A stretch of DNA of 64,000 nt from an uncultured Bacilli bacterium (GCA_944355255.1 CALVQD010000003.1:1292-65291); one strand, 5' to 3'. Shown: positions 10,678 through 21,365, numbered from the stretch's first letter. The notes: generated from the letters alone by a model not told the origin. Program-made: numbers and translations.

Positions 10678-10878
10678 CGATAATTAAGAGAAAATGATTG
10701 GTTGGAATGGTATAAAAGTAAAAAGTTGAAAATTTACATTTTTTTGTAAAGCTATTTTTTGTTGAAAATAAAGAGTGAATAAAAGGAGAAAATAAAAACC
10801 GAAAATTTGTTCGCTCTTTTTCTTGATTTTTTATATTGTGGTGATATAATGACAATAGTTAAGCTAGGAGGATGAAGT

Positions 10879-13278
10879 ATGACAGGAATCGTAGAAGAAA
10901 ATATTTTAGAATTACAAGTAGTAAAAAGAAATGGGAAGAAAGTAGATTTTGATGGAACAAAGATTGCGATGGCGATCAAAAAAGGGTTTGATAGTTTAAT
11001 TCCTTCAGAAGAAAATGCAACATTACAAGATGTTAGATATAGTGAAAAAGATGTCAATAAAGTTTATCACGCAGTTATGAAACGTATTAAAAAAGATTAT
11101 CAAAATGAAGACAAGATAAAAATTGAAACGATTCAAGATATGATTGAGGAAGAATTAAAGAAAAACTATTATGATGTTTATGAGTCATTTCAAGCATATC
11201 GTGAAAAGAGAAATCAATCACGTGAATTATTTTCAGATAATAAAAGATTACACAAGTTTTTAAAAACAATTGAAGGATTGGGATTAAAATCAGCAACTGA
11301 AGAAAATGCGAAAAGAGAAAATGCCAATGTAGATGGTGATACTGCAATGGGTACAATGCTTCAATATGGATCAACAATTTCAAAAGAATTTACAAAAGCA
11401 TATTTAATGAAACGTAAATTTGCTGATGCACACGATTCAGGTGCGATTCATATTCATGATATGGATTTTATGGCTATGGGAACAACAACTTGTTGTCAAA
11501 TTGATTTAAATCATTTATTTAAGGATGGCTTTTCAACAGGACATGGTCATTTGAGAGAACCAAATGATATTATGTCTTATGCTGCACTTGCAGCGATTGC
11601 TATTCAAGCTAACCAAAATGATCAACACGGTGGACAAGCAATTCCAGCATTTGACTATTATTTAGCGCCTGGTGTATTAAAAACATTTAAAAAGCAATTG
11701 AAACAAATTATCAATGATTATCTTGATTTAGAAGGATTAAAACCTCTTGTGAATATGGAAAAGATTGCAAAAGATATCAATAAATTAAATTCTATTGAAT
11801 TAGATATCGATGAATTTGATGTATATTCAAAGGGGAGTGAAAAAGTTCATGAGATTCTTTCTTTAGGATATCAAAAAGCTCTTCAAAAAACAGATCGTAT
11901 TACTTATCAAGCAATGGAAGCATTTATACATAACTTAAATACAATGCATTCTAGAGCGGGAGCACAAGTGCCATTTTCAAGTATTAATTTTGGGACAGAT
12001 ACTTCTCCTGAAGGAAGAATGGTAGTAAAAAATTATTTGTATGCATTAGATGCCGGATTAGGACATGGAGAAACTCCAATTTTTCCGATTTCTATTTTTA
12101 AAGTAAAAGAGGGAGTAAACTATAATCCAGGAGAACCAAATTATGATTTATTCCATTTATCTTGTGAAGTATCTGCAAAGAGATTATTCCCTAATTTCTC
12201 ATTTATTGATGCTCCGTTCAATTTACAGTATTATAAAGAAGGAGATTACCGTACAGAAGTAGGATATATGGGATGTCGTACACGTGTTATGGGAGATGTA
12301 ACGGATCCTGATAATCAAGTAACACCAGGACGTGGGAATCTATCATTCACTTCTATTAATCTACCAAGAATTGGAATTAAACATGGTATTGTAACCAATG
12401 AGAAACCAGATATGAAAGGATTTTACGAGGAGCTTGGAGAGTACATGGAACTTGTAAAAGATCAACTACTAGAACGTTTTGAAATTCAATGTAAAAAACA
12501 TGTTTATAATTTTCCATTCCTATTAGGACAAGGAATATGGACAGATGGAGACAAATTAAAACCTAATGATCGTATTCGTAAATTATTAAAACATGGTACT
12601 TTAACATTTGGATTTATTGGACTTGCTGAATGTTTGAAAGCATTAATTGGTAAACATCATGGAGAAAGTGCAGAAGCTCAAAAATTAGGTCTTGAAATTA
12701 TCGGATTTATGCGTAAGAAAGCTGATGAATATTCAAAACAAGATCATTTAAACTTCTCATTGATTGCAACTCCAGCCGAAGGTTTATCGGGAAGATTTGT
12801 CAATATTGATAAAGCGATTTATGGAAAGATAAAAGGTGTTACAGATCGTGAATACTATACAAATTCATTCCATATTCCAGTATATTATAATATTTCAGCT
12901 GCAAAGAAAATTGAATTAGAAGCCCCATATCACGAACTCACGAATGGTGGTCATATTACTTATATTGAATTAGATGGGGATACTACTGAAAATGTCGAGG
13001 CATTTGAAAAAGTAGTACGTCTTATGAAAGAAGCTGGAGTAGGTTATGGAGCAATTAACCATCCAGTAGATCGTGATCCAGTATGTGGATTTAACGGTGT
13101 GATTAATGATGTATGTCCAGGCTGTGGAAGAACAGAAGAAGATGGTGTTCATTTCGAAAGAATTCGTCGTATTACCGGATATTTAGTTGGTACGGTAGAT
13201 CGCTTTAACAATGGAAAAAGAGCGGAAGAAAGAGACCGTGTGAAACACACGTTGAATTTTAAGAATGCAAAAAATTAG
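10879..13278 (+). CDS. nrdD: anaerobic ribonucleoside-triphosphate reductase (class III RNR)
   Basis: ATP-cone at the N-terminus. C-terminal Zn-ribbon CPGCG with the glycyl-radical motif RITGYL. Confidence 0.95.
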   Translation: MTGIVEENILELQVVKRNGKKVDFDGTKIAMAIKKGFDSLIPSEENATLQDVRYSEKDVNKVYHAVMKRIKKDYQNEDKIKIETIQDMIEEELKKNYYDVYESFQAYREKRNQSRELFSDNKRLHKFLKTIEGLGLKSATEENAKRENANVDGDTAMGTMLQYGSTISKEFTKAYLMKRKFADAHDSGAIHIHDMDFMAMGTTTCCQIDLNHLFKDGFSTGHGHLREPNDIMSYAALAAIAIQANQNDQHGGQAIPAFDYYLAPGVLKTFKKQLKQIINDYLDLEGLKPLVNMEKIAKDINKLNSIELDIDEFDVYSKGSEKVHEILSLGYQKALQKTDRITYQAMEAFIHNLNTMHSRAGAQVPFSSINFGTDTSPEGRMVVKNYLYALDAGLGHGETPIFPISIFKVKEGVNYNPGEPNYDLFHLSCEVSAKRLFPNFSFIDAPFNLQYYKEGDYRTEVGYMGCRTRVMGDVTDPDNQVTPGRGNLSFTSINLPRIGIKHGIVTNEKPDMKGFYEELGEYMELVKDQLLERFEIQCKKHVYNFPFLLGQGIWTDGDKLKPNDRIRKLLKHGTLTFGFIGLAECLKALIGKHHGESAEAQKLGLEIIGFMRKKADEYSKQDHLNFSLIATPAEGLSGRFVNIDKAIYGKIKGVTDREYYTNSFHIPVYYNISAAKKIELEAPYHELTNGGHITYIELDGDTTENVEAFEKVVRLMKEAGVGYGAINHPVDRDPVCGFNGVINDVCPGCGRTEEDGVHFERIRRITGYLVGTVDRFNNGKRAEERDRVKHTLNFKNAKN

Positions 13279-13831
13279 ACTTGCGATTCCACTACAGACG
13301 GATAGTATTGTAGATGGACCGGGAATTCGTGCTGTTGTTTGGACACAAGGTTGTGGGCATCACTGTAAAGGATGTCACAATCAAGAAACTTGGGACTTCC
13401 ATGGAGGAACACTCTATGATATTGAAACTGTAAAACAAGATATCAAAGCATTAGAAAATCATGATGGTATTACATTATCTGGTGGTGATCCTCTTTTTCA
13501 AGCTCAAGCTTGTTATGAACTTGCAAAGTATGCGAAAGAATTAGAACTAAATGTTTGGTGTTATACCGGTTTTACATTTGAACAGTTACTTTCAATGAAA
13601 GAAAAAGACCCTTACATCTTAAAATTACTAGAACAGGTTGATGTTTTAGTAGGTGGGCGTTTTGAATTATCACAAAAAAGCTTAAATTTAAAGTTTAAAG
13701 GATCTCGTAATCAAAGAATTATTGATGTTCCGAAAAGTTTAGAATTAGGTCAAGCGGTTTTGATTCATAAATATGATCAGGAAAAAGCTTGGACTCAAAA
13801 ATATCAAAAACCAGAGTTCCTTTATATTTAG
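13265..13831 (+). CDS. nrdG: anaerobic RNR activating protein (radical SAM)
   Basis: Overlaps the nrdD end. A Cys cluster GCGHHCKGCHN, typical of NrdG. Confidence 0.9.
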   Translation: MQKIRLAIPLQTDSIVDGPGIRAVVWTQGCGHHCKGCHNQETWDFHGGTLYDIETVKQDIKALENHDGITLSGGDPLFQAQACYELAKYAKELELNVWCYTGFTFEQLLSMKEKDPYILKLLEQVDVLVGGRFELSQKSLNLKFKGSRNQRIIDVPKSLELGQAVLIHKYDQEKAWTQKYQKPEFLYI

Positions 13832-13870
13832 AAATTATAGATATCGACTATAATTTCTTTTCTTTTTTTT
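13831..13870 (+). terminator. rho-independent terminator of nrdDG
   Basis: Stem gaaattatag/ctataatttc followed by a T-run. Confidence 0.7.
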
Positions 13871-13910
13871 AGAAATATGCTATGATTTTAATAGTTGAGA
13901 GGTGGCAGAG

Positions 13911-15242
13911 ATGAAGCAAGAAGGTTATGTAGATACACAAGGTCAGCCAATTGTTAAACAACCAGTAGATCCTGTAAAGTTAGCACGTAAAATTTCAATT
14001 ATTGTGTTAGTTGTTTTAGTGATCGTTTTTATTATTATTTTCCTATATAAAAAGAATAAAAATGATACATGTAGTTCGATTGAAACTATATTTACAGAAG
14101 CTGCATTAAAAATCGCAGAGGATGAAGAAAAATTACCAAAAGTAGACGGCGATAAAGTGACAATTTCTGCAGATGAGATTAAACAAAGTGGAAATATGAA
14201 TCGTGATGATATCACACTAGATGGAGATATGTGTCAAGGTAAAGTTACGATTACTAGAGTGGATGGAAAATATATTAAGGTAGCAGATTTATCCAATTGT
14301 AGTTATTGTACAACAGATGAACATTATAAAGCATATGGCGATTGGACAGATGATGAACCTGAAGATGGAGATTATGTAGAAGTTAAGGCAACTTATAATT
14401 ACTATACGTTTGAAGACTATTATACAGAATATTCTGATTGGTTAGAAGAAAGTGAAGTAGAAACGAAGAAAGATGAAGAATTTGGAATTTATCTACCAAA
14501 GGATGAAGATTATTTGCCGGAAGTACCAAGTCCAGGAGAGTTAATTACGATTGAACAGGATCAAAAAAATACTTATTCTTACCGCGATAAACAATGGTTA
14601 TTCTATAAATATCAAAATAATAACTATTCTGAGTATTCAAATGAACCAGTAGCTGGTTATGCTTATAAAGATGAATATTCTAGAATTGAGTCAGAGCCAT
14701 CAGATTGGTCACCAAATTATCCGGATGAAAAAGACTATCGTACGATTGATGAAGAAGATGGTTATCGTTGGTATAAAGAAGTAGATGGGAAAAAAGTTTA
14801 TTGGAAGAGTGGAAAATACTATCCGACAAGTCCGGGAAAAGGATATAAACAAGATACTAGTAAAGTAGTTCCAGTATATTCTTATGTAGATGATTTATAT
14901 CGTTATTATAATGGAATTGAAAGAGATTATAGTGGATATGATTCTGTTCCTAGTGAGAATTATCCATATCGTGATGATGATACGATGGAATATACGACAT
15001 GGAGTGCTTATTATGATGAGTCTTCTATCGATGATTCTAATCGTTCTTATCGAGAAGAGAGAATTGATGTAAATTCTAGATATCGTATTAAATATCGTAT
15101 TACTTCTGTATTACATTTAGATGATCATATGGAAAAAAGTGAATTTGAAAAAGAAACTGGAAAAACACTAGAAGAAATGAGTAATACTTCAAATGTTATT
15201 TTAGATGTTAAATATCAATATCGTTATCGTAAAGTAAAATAA
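13911..15242 (+). CDS. single-pass membrane protein with a large Tyr/Asp/Glu-rich extracytoplasmic domain (unknown function)
   Basis: Short N-terminal tail, one TM helix (IIVLVVLVIVFIIIFLY), then about 390 aa of very high Y/D/E content with repeated YRY/KYRI elements. ATG 13911 has SD GAGAGG; the track start is a GTG at 13902. Confidence 0.55.
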   Translation: MKQEGYVDTQGQPIVKQPVDPVKLARKISIIVLVVLVIVFIIIFLYKKNKNDTCSSIETIFTEAALKIAEDEEKLPKVDGDKVTISADEIKQSGNMNRDDITLDGDMCQGKVTITRVDGKYIKVADLSNCSYCTTDEHYKAYGDWTDDEPEDGDYVEVKATYNYYTFEDYYTEYSDWLEESEVETKKDEEFGIYLPKDEDYLPEVPSPGELITIEQDQKNTYSYRDKQWLFYKYQNNNYSEYSNEPVAGYAYKDEYSRIESEPSDWSPNYPDEKDYRTIDEEDGYRWYKEVDGKKVYWKSGKYYPTSPGKGYKQDTSKVVPVYSYVDDLYRYYNGIERDYSGYDSVPSENYPYRDDDTMEYTTWSAYYDESSIDDSNRSYREERIDVNSRYRIKYRITSVLHLDDHMEKSEFEKETGKTLEEMSNTSNVILDVKYQYRYRKVK

Positions 15243-15266
15243 TCCCAAAAATTGGGATTATTTTTT
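15242..15266. terminator. bidirectional terminator
   Basis: Hairpin atcccaaaaattgggat followed by a T-run. Confidence 0.65.
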
Positions 15267-15729
15267 ATAGATAAAACTCATCAATTTCCGCATCCATCTG
15301 AACGATTGTTTCTTTTCGTTTCATATCTTTTAGTGCTTCAAAAATTGATTTTGCTTCTTCATCTTTCATTAGATCAAACAAGGATACGATGCCAACAAGT
15401 TTTTTTTCGTCACTGACAAGTAATCTTGTTACTTTTTCTTTCTTCATCATTTGAATTGCGTCTTTTATTTTCTTGTTCTTTTCGATCGCACACACATGTT
15501 TTGTCATATAATCTTTGACCTGACAGTTTTTCTTTTCACGATTTGCGAGTGCACGAATGACAATATCGCGGTCTGTTATGACTCCAATGATTTGTTTTTC
15601 TTTATTCGCAACTGGTAAAAAACCAATCTCGTATTGCTGCATTTTTTTCGCAACATCTTCTATGGAATCTGTTTCATAGCACACAATTGGTTGTGTTGAT
15701 ACTTTTATATTAAAATCCATTTTTATCAC
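15265..15729 (-). CDS. CBS-domain pair protein
   Basis: Two CBS-like repeats. 154 aa. Confidence 0.7.
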   Translation of the reverse strand: MIKMDFNIKVSTQPIVCYETDSIEDVAKKMQQYEIGFLPVANKEKQIIGVITDRDIVIRALANREKKNCQVKDYMTKHVCAIEKNKKIKDAIQMMKKEKVTRLLVSDEKKLVGIVSLFDLMKDEEAKSIFEALKDMKRKETIVQMDAEIDEFYL

Positions 15730-15792
15730 CCTTTCTATTATTCTCTAATTCATATCTTTTATACATTAGAATAAACTAGAATAGGTGAAACT

Positions 15793-16578
15793 ATGGCAAG
15801 AAGAATGAACCTGCGAAAAAAACATATAATTTTTGATAAAAATAAAAAGAGAAGTAAGAAAAACTTGATTCTAGTTCTAATTATTTTATTAGTGTTTATT
15901 GTTTGTTTGAGTCTTTACTTTATGAATCAAATTTTATCCCCATTTTTAGAAGAATATGCAGAAGCAGAAATGAAAAAAATATCTAATTTAATTTTAAATC
16001 AATCACTTAGTAAAGAAGTTCGTGAAGATATGAATGTAGATAATTTATATGTGATTCATAAAGATAGTAGTGGTGCGATTACTTCAGTTGATTTAAATAG
16101 TGCAGTTGTAAATCAACTTCTTGGAGAAGTAACAAAAAAGGTCAGTCAAGATTTTAAGTTAATTGAACAAGGAAAAGTGGATCAACTTACTTATTATCAA
16201 GATGTTTTTGAAGATACTATGGTAGATGAAAAAGCTCTGAAAAAGGGCATTGTTTTTTATATTCCAACGGGACTAGCTTTCCAAAATGTTTTCTTATCAA
16301 ATTTAGGTCCTAAAATTCCTGTTCGATTTCGTTTGACAGGAGAAATAGGAAGTAATTTACAGACTAAAATAACAAACTATGGTATTAATAATGCTTTGTT
16401 AGAAGTAAATATGCATATTGAGATTAGTCAGATGCTTCTTTTACCATTTTCTACCTCTTCCATTAAGGTAGAAGGAAATTATCCACTCATTGTGAAATTA
16501 ATTGAAGGAACAGTACCAGATGCTTATTTTTCCGGGATTAATAAAAACTCAGAGACCGTATTTCGACAGGTTTCCTAA
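15793..16578 (+). CDS. yunB: sporulation protein YunB family
   Basis: N-terminal TM helix. The segment IPTGLAFQNVFLSNLGPKIPVRF...NYGINNALLEVN is collinear with B. subtilis YunB. Confidence 0.7.
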   Translation: MARRMNLRKKHIIFDKNKKRSKKNLILVLIILLVFIVCLSLYFMNQILSPFLEEYAEAEMKKISNLILNQSLSKEVREDMNVDNLYVIHKDSSGAITSVDLNSAVVNQLLGEVTKKVSQDFKLIEQGKVDQLTYYQDVFEDTMVDEKALKKGIVFYIPTGLAFQNVFLSNLGPKIPVRFRLTGEIGSNLQTKITNYGINNALLEVNMHIEISQMLLLPFSTSSIKVEGNYPLIVKLIEGTVPDAYFSGINKNSETVFRQVS

Positions 16579-16617
16579 TAAAAAGAAACGTGATATAATA
16601 AAATTGGATGTGATAAT

Positions 16618-16896
16618 ATGAAAATAGAAACATTTTTAGAACAGAAATATCAATTGATTGATAATTATAAAGATGGATTTGAAAAAGAGGCAGTAGACCA
16701 TTTATTTACAGAATATTTTTTAGATTATGATTATGTAATTGGAGATTGGTCATATGGAAAACTCCGTTTAAAAGGTTTTTGTGAAAAGCAGAATCCAAAG
16801 TATAATCAAAGAAATGATATTGCCCAAAAAAGAGAGTATTTAGATACTTACTGTGCTTATAATTGTAGGTATTTTGTCTTGCAAAAAGTAGATTAA
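16618..16896 (+). CDS. DUF1027 / YutD-like small protein
   Basis: A DYVIGDWSYGKLRLKGF motif reminiscent of YutD. Confidence 0.45.
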   Translation: MKIETFLEQKYQLIDNYKDGFEKEAVDHLFTEYFLDYDYVIGDWSYGKLRLKGFCEKQNPKYNQRNDIAQKREYLDTYCAYNCRYFVLQKVD

Positions 16897-16922
16897 AAAG
16901 AGAAACAGATGTTTCTTTTTTT
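16897..16922 (+). terminator. rho-independent terminator
   Basis: Stem agagaaaca/tgtttctct-like, followed by a T-run. Confidence 0.55.
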
Positions 16923-16965
16923 CTATTTATGTGTGATTATGATATAATTGAAATGGTGAAATAGT

Positions 16966-19560
16966 ATGAAAAAGATTATTTTAGTAGATGGAAACAACTT
17001 ATTATTTAGAAGTTATTACGCAACTGCATATAATGGTAATTTTATGAAAAATTCAAAAGGATTTCCTACCAATGCATTATTTGGTTTTCATAATATGTTG
17101 ACGAAAATTATTGCAGATGAGAATCCAGAATATATGGTTGTAGCTTTCGATAAAGGTAAGACATTCCGTCACGAGGAATATAAAGATTATAAGGGTGGAA
17201 GAATTCAAACACCAGATGAGTTAAAACAACAGTTTCCAATTGCCAAAGAACTAGTAACACTTATGGGGTATACTTATTATGAGATTGATAATTATGAAGC
17301 AGATGACATTATAGGTACATTTGCTGCATATTGTGATGAAGATGATGAAGTAATTGGTACCATTGTCTCTAGTGATAAAGATCTATTACAGTTGGTTAGT
17401 GATGATGTAGATATGAAATTATTAAAACAAAAAGATTATATTCGTTATAATAAAGAAACTTTTTTTGAAGATTATGGAATTATGCCACAAAGAGTAATAG
17501 ATTTAAAAGCATTACAAGGAGATCCATCTGACAATATTCCTGGTGTAAAAGGAATTGGTGAGAAAACTGCATTAAAACTGTTACGTAAGTATGGTACTTT
17601 AGATGGTATTTATGAACATATTGATGAAATAAAAGGAAGTGTTCATGATAAATTAGTATTAGATAAAGAAAGTGCATATCAAAGTTATCACCTTGCTACA
17701 ATTGTAAAAGATGTTGATATGGATATATCAATTGAAGATGTAAAATGTAGAGAACGTGATCACGAGAAATTGGAAAAATTATACGAAGAATTGGAATTTT
17801 ATTCTTTCTTAAAAAAAGAGAAAGAATATCAGAAAAAAGAACCAGAAAAAGTAGAAAGTGTTCCAATTGTACAAAGTATTGATGAAATTAAAGTAGAAGG
17901 AAAATGCTCTGTCTATTTGGAAATATTAGGCACAAATTATCATCATAGTGACATACTAGGGATGGCTGTATATGATGGAAAGAATCTACAATTTATTCCT
18001 AAAGATATATTAGTACAAGCTCCTAAATTTTTATTAGAAAATGAAAAATATACGTATGATGCAAAAAAAGTATATGTAGCATTAAAATGGTTAGGTATTG
18101 ATATTGAGAAAATTACATTTGATAGTATGATAGCTGCTTCATTACTAGATTATAATGTGAAAGATGATATCTGTTATCTCGCAAATAATTTTGACTATCA
18201 TATTCCATTTTATGAAACAGTTTACGGAAAGAAAAAATTAAAAGCACCAAAAATGGAAGAGGTTGCACTATATGCTGGACAAAAAGCAAAATTTATTTAT
18301 GAAACAAAAGATACATTAGAAAATAAATTAAAAGAAGAAGAGTTATTAGAGCTATATCACAATATTGAATTCCCACTTGCTTTTGTATTGGGAGATATGG
18401 AATTTAATGGCGTTTATTTAGATCAAGAAACGTTAAAAGAAATGGGAAAAGAAATCACGCAAAACGTCAGTCGTTTGGAACAAGAAATCTATCAATTAGC
18501 AGGTTGTGAATTTTTAATTACTTCTCCCAAAGAATTAGGAAATATTTTGTTTGAACGTTTAGGATTACCACATGGTAAAAAGGGAGCAAGAGGATATTCT
18601 ACAGCTGCCGATGTATTAGAAAAATTAAAAGATACACATCCAATTATTGATAAAATTTTAGAATACCGTATGATTACAAAAATATATACAACATATATTG
18701 AAGGATTGTTAAATACAGTAAAAGAAGATGGAAAAATTCACACTATTTATACTCAGACACTGACTAGAACAGGACGTCTATCATCTATCGAACCTAATTT
18801 ACAAAATATTCCTGTACGTACAGAATATGGAAGATTGATCCGAAAAGCCTTTGTACCAAGTGAACATTGTGTTATTTTAGGTGGTGATTATTCTCAGATC
18901 GAACTACGCATTTTAGCTCACATGTCTGGTGTTCAAGCTTTAATTGATGCATTTAATCAAGGAATGGATATTCATACTAAAACAGCAAGTGATATTTTTC
19001 ACGTTTCTAAAGATGATGTTACAAAACAGATGAGAAGAGTTGCCAAAGCAGTTAACTTTGGAATTATATATGGAATTAGTAGTTTTGGATTAAGTGAAAA
19101 TTTGAATATTAGTGTAGGAGAAGCAAAACACTTTATCGACCATTACTTAGAAACTTATCCAGGAATTCAGGAATATATGGATAAACAGATTAAACAAGCT
19201 TATCAAGATGGATATGTTACAACACTTTTCCACAGGAAAAGAATTATTACAGAATTAAATAATAGTAATTATATGATTCGCCATCAAGGAGAGAGAATGG
19301 CTCTTAACACACCAATTCAAGGAACAAGTGCAGATATTATTAAAAAAGCAATGGTTGATATTGGAAATGAATTAAAAAAACGAAACTTAAAAACCAAGAT
19401 GATATTACAAGTACATGATGAATTATTGTTTGACTGTGATAAAGATGAGATAGAAATCGTAAAAGAGATAATTCAAGATAAAATGGAACATGTACTAAAA
19501 TTAAAAGTACCATTAAAAGTAGATATTGCCTATGGAAAAAACTGGTATGAGGCAAAATAA
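16966..19560 (+). CDS. polA: DNA polymerase I
   Basis: 5' nuclease domain (LVDGNNLLFR), then a Klenow-like polymerase domain containing RRVAKAVNFGIIYG and QVHDEL. Confidence 0.95.
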   Translation: MKKIILVDGNNLLFRSYYATAYNGNFMKNSKGFPTNALFGFHNMLTKIIADENPEYMVVAFDKGKTFRHEEYKDYKGGRIQTPDELKQQFPIAKELVTLMGYTYYEIDNYEADDIIGTFAAYCDEDDEVIGTIVSSDKDLLQLVSDDVDMKLLKQKDYIRYNKETFFEDYGIMPQRVIDLKALQGDPSDNIPGVKGIGEKTALKLLRKYGTLDGIYEHIDEIKGSVHDKLVLDKESAYQSYHLATIVKDVDMDISIEDVKCRERDHEKLEKLYEELEFYSFLKKEKEYQKKEPEKVESVPIVQSIDEIKVEGKCSVYLEILGTNYHHSDILGMAVYDGKNLQFIPKDILVQAPKFLLENEKYTYDAKKVYVALKWLGIDIEKITFDSMIAASLLDYNVKDDICYLANNFDYHIPFYETVYGKKKLKAPKMEEVALYAGQKAKFIYETKDTLENKLKEEELLELYHNIEFPLAFVLGDMEFNGVYLDQETLKEMGKEITQNVSRLEQEIYQLAGCEFLITSPKELGNILFERLGLPHGKKGARGYSTAADVLEKLKDTHPIIDKILEYRMITKIYTTYIEGLLNTVKEDGKIHTIYTQTLTRTGRLSSIEPNLQNIPVRTEYGRLIRKAFVPSEHCVILGGDYSQIELRILAHMSGVQALIDAFNQGMDIHTKTASDIFHVSKDDVTKQMRRVAKAVNFGIIYGISSFGLSENLNISVGEAKHFIDHYLETYPGIQEYMDKQIKQAYQDGYVTTLFHRKRIITELNNSNYMIRHQGERMALNTPIQGTSADIIKKAMVDIGNELKKRNLKTKMILQVHDELLFDCDKDEIEIVKEIIQDKMEHVLKLKVPLKVDIAYGKNWYEAK

Positions 19561-19599
19561 TAAATATCCAGTAGTTATGATTGTGTCATGGTAAAATCA

Positions 19600-19629
19600 T
19601 TGACAATTTCTTTTAAGACATGTTATAAT
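19600..19629 (+). promoter_or_regulatory. sigma-A-type promoter (TTGACA -35, 18 nt spacer, TATAAT -10) driving the serS T-box leader
   Basis: Consensus hexamers read directly from the sequence. Confidence 0.6.
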
Positions 19630-19636
19630 CACACTA

Positions 19637-19831
19637 TAAATCAGTGATGAAAGACTAGTAATAAAATAACAATTTAAAAAGAGACTTAGTGGTTGGTGTA
19701 AACTAAGAATTGTGTTTTATGAATCTACTTTCTAGAGAAACTAATCGTTTCCGGTGAATACCGTTATCAAATATGAGTAAAAGAAAGGATGGTACCGTGC
19801 ATATGCACTCCTTGAATACCATTCTTTTTTT
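19637..19831 (+). promoter_or_regulatory. T-box riboswitch leader (probably Ser-specific) upstream of DUF1653-serS
   Basis: Stem I GA motif TGATGAAAG, AGAGA and GGTTGG elements, T-box sequence AAAGGATGGTACCGTG, and a terminator/antiterminator pair ending in a T-run. A candidate AGU specifier is present. Confidence 0.7.
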
Positions 19832-19848
19832 ATGAAAAGAGGGATAAT

Positions 19849-20085
19849 ATGGAAATAAAACCACATGATAAGTTTAGACATTTTAAAGGAAATATCATAG
19901 AAGTGATTTGTCTTTGTAAACATACAGAAACATTAGAAGATATGGTAGTTTACTCACATGATGGACAATATTGGGTAAGACCAGTCTCGATGTTTTACGA
20001 TCAAGAAGATGTGAGTCAGAGAAAAGATAATGTGACAGGTCAGAAATATCGTTTTGAGAAAATAGAGGAGGAAAAGACATGTTAG
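19849..20085 (+). CDS. DUF1653 family small protein
   Basis: Motif FRHFKGN....YSHDGQYWVRP, typical of DUF1653. Confidence 0.6.
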   Translation: MEIKPHDKFRHFKGNIIEVICLCKHTETLEDMVVYSHDGQYWVRPVSMFYDQEDVSQRKDNVTGQKYRFEKIEEEKTC

Positions 20086-21365
20086 ATATTAAATTTGTAA
20101 GAGAAAATAAAGAATTAGTAAAAGAGAATATCAAAAAGAAATTCCAAGATGAAAAGTTACCACTAGTAGATGAAGTGATCGAGTTAGATCAGAAGAATCG
20201 AGAGCTGAAACAACAGGGAGATATGCTTCGCAGTAAAAGAAATGAGTCTAGTGGAAACATTGGAAAGTTAATGCGTGATAAGAAGATTGATGAGGCGAAT
20301 GCATTAAAGGATGAAGTGAAAAAAATTAACGAACAGTTAGTGGAAATTGAACAGGAAGAAGAGGAAGTTTCTAAGAAAATTTATGAGAAGATGTTAATTA
20401 TTCCACAGATGATTGATCCATCTGTTCCAGTTGGAAAAGATGATAGCGAAAATGTGGAAATTGAAAAATATGGTGATCCAATTGTTCCTGATTATGAGAT
20501 TCCATATCATGCAGATATTTGCGATCAATTGAATGGTTTGGATAAGGAAAGTGCTGGACGTACTTCTGGAAATGGATTTTATTATTTGATGGGTGATATC
20601 GCACGTCTTCATTCAGCGATGTTATCATATGCGAGAGATTTTATGATCGATAAAGGATTTACTTATTGTATTCCACCATTTATGATTCATGGAGATGTTG
20701 TAAATGGAGTGATGAGTTTTGCTGAGATGGATGCGATGATGTATAAAATTGAGGGTGAAGATTTATTCTTAATTGGTACAAGTGAACATTCTATGATTGG
20801 AAAGTTTAAAGGTCAATTGTTAAAAGAAACAGAACTTCCTATTACATTAACTTCTTATTCTCCATGTTTTAGAAAAGAAGTAGGGGCTCATGGAATTGAG
20901 GAAAGAGGATTATACCGTGTTCATCAATTTGAAAAACAAGAGATGGTTGTTTTATGTAAGAAAGAAGAAGAGATGGATTGGTACAATAAGATGTGGCAGT
21001 ATACGGTAGAATTCTTTAGAAGTTTAGATATACCGGTTAGAACATTAGAGTGTTGTTCTGGGGATCTTGCTGATTTGAAAGTAAAATCATGTGATGTAGA
21101 GGCATGGAGTCCAAGACAGAAAAAATACTTTGAAGTAGGTAGTTGTTCTACACTTGGAGATGCTCAGGCAAGAAGACTTGGTATTCGTGCTAAGGGAGAA
21201 GAAGGAAATTACTTTGTTTCTACTTTAAATAATACAGTACTTGCAACACCTCGTGGATTAATTGCCTTTTTAGAAAATAACTATCAAGAGGATGGAAGTG
21301 TAAAAATTCCTGAAGCATTAAGACCATATATGGGTGGTAAAGAAGTATTAGTATCTAAAAATTAG
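20079..21365 (+). CDS. serS: seryl-tRNA synthetase
   Basis: N-terminal coiled coil followed by class II aaRS core motifs. 428 aa. Confidence 0.95.
   Translation: MLDIKFVRENKELVKENIKKKFQDEKLPLVDEVIELDQKNRELKQQGDMLRSKRNESSGNIGKLMRDKKIDEANALKDEVKKINEQLVEIEQEEEEVSKKIYEKMLIIPQMIDPSVPVGKDDSENVEIEKYGDPIVPDYEIPYHADICDQLNGLDKESAGRTSGNGFYYLMGDIARLHSAMLSYARDFMIDKGFTYCIPPFMIHGDVVNGVMSFAEMDAMMYKIEGEDLFLIGTSEHSMIGKFKGQLLKETELPITLTSYSPCFRKEVGAHGIEERGLYRVHQFEKQEMVVLCKKEEEMDWYNKMWQYTVEFFRSLDIPVRTLECCSGDLADLKVKSCDVEAWSPRQKKYFEVGSCSTLGDAQARRLGIRAKGEEGNYFVSTLNNTVLATPRGLIAFLENNYQEDGSVKIPEALRPYMGGKEVLVSKN

Noticed and set aside
10820-10860. Possible NrdR box(es) overlapping the nrdD promoter (tatattgtgg ... gacaatag)
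   Set aside because: Only half-site-like matches to the ACACwAtATaTwGTGT palindrome. Cannot be distinguished from promoter-region AT-richness without a PWM scan.
10212-11383. Minus-strand ORFs 10212-10421, 10649-10855, 10752-11057, 11087-11383
   Set aside because: They overlap better-supported plus-strand genes (the membrane ORF, nrdD) or AT-rich intergenic DNA. Translations are low complexity.
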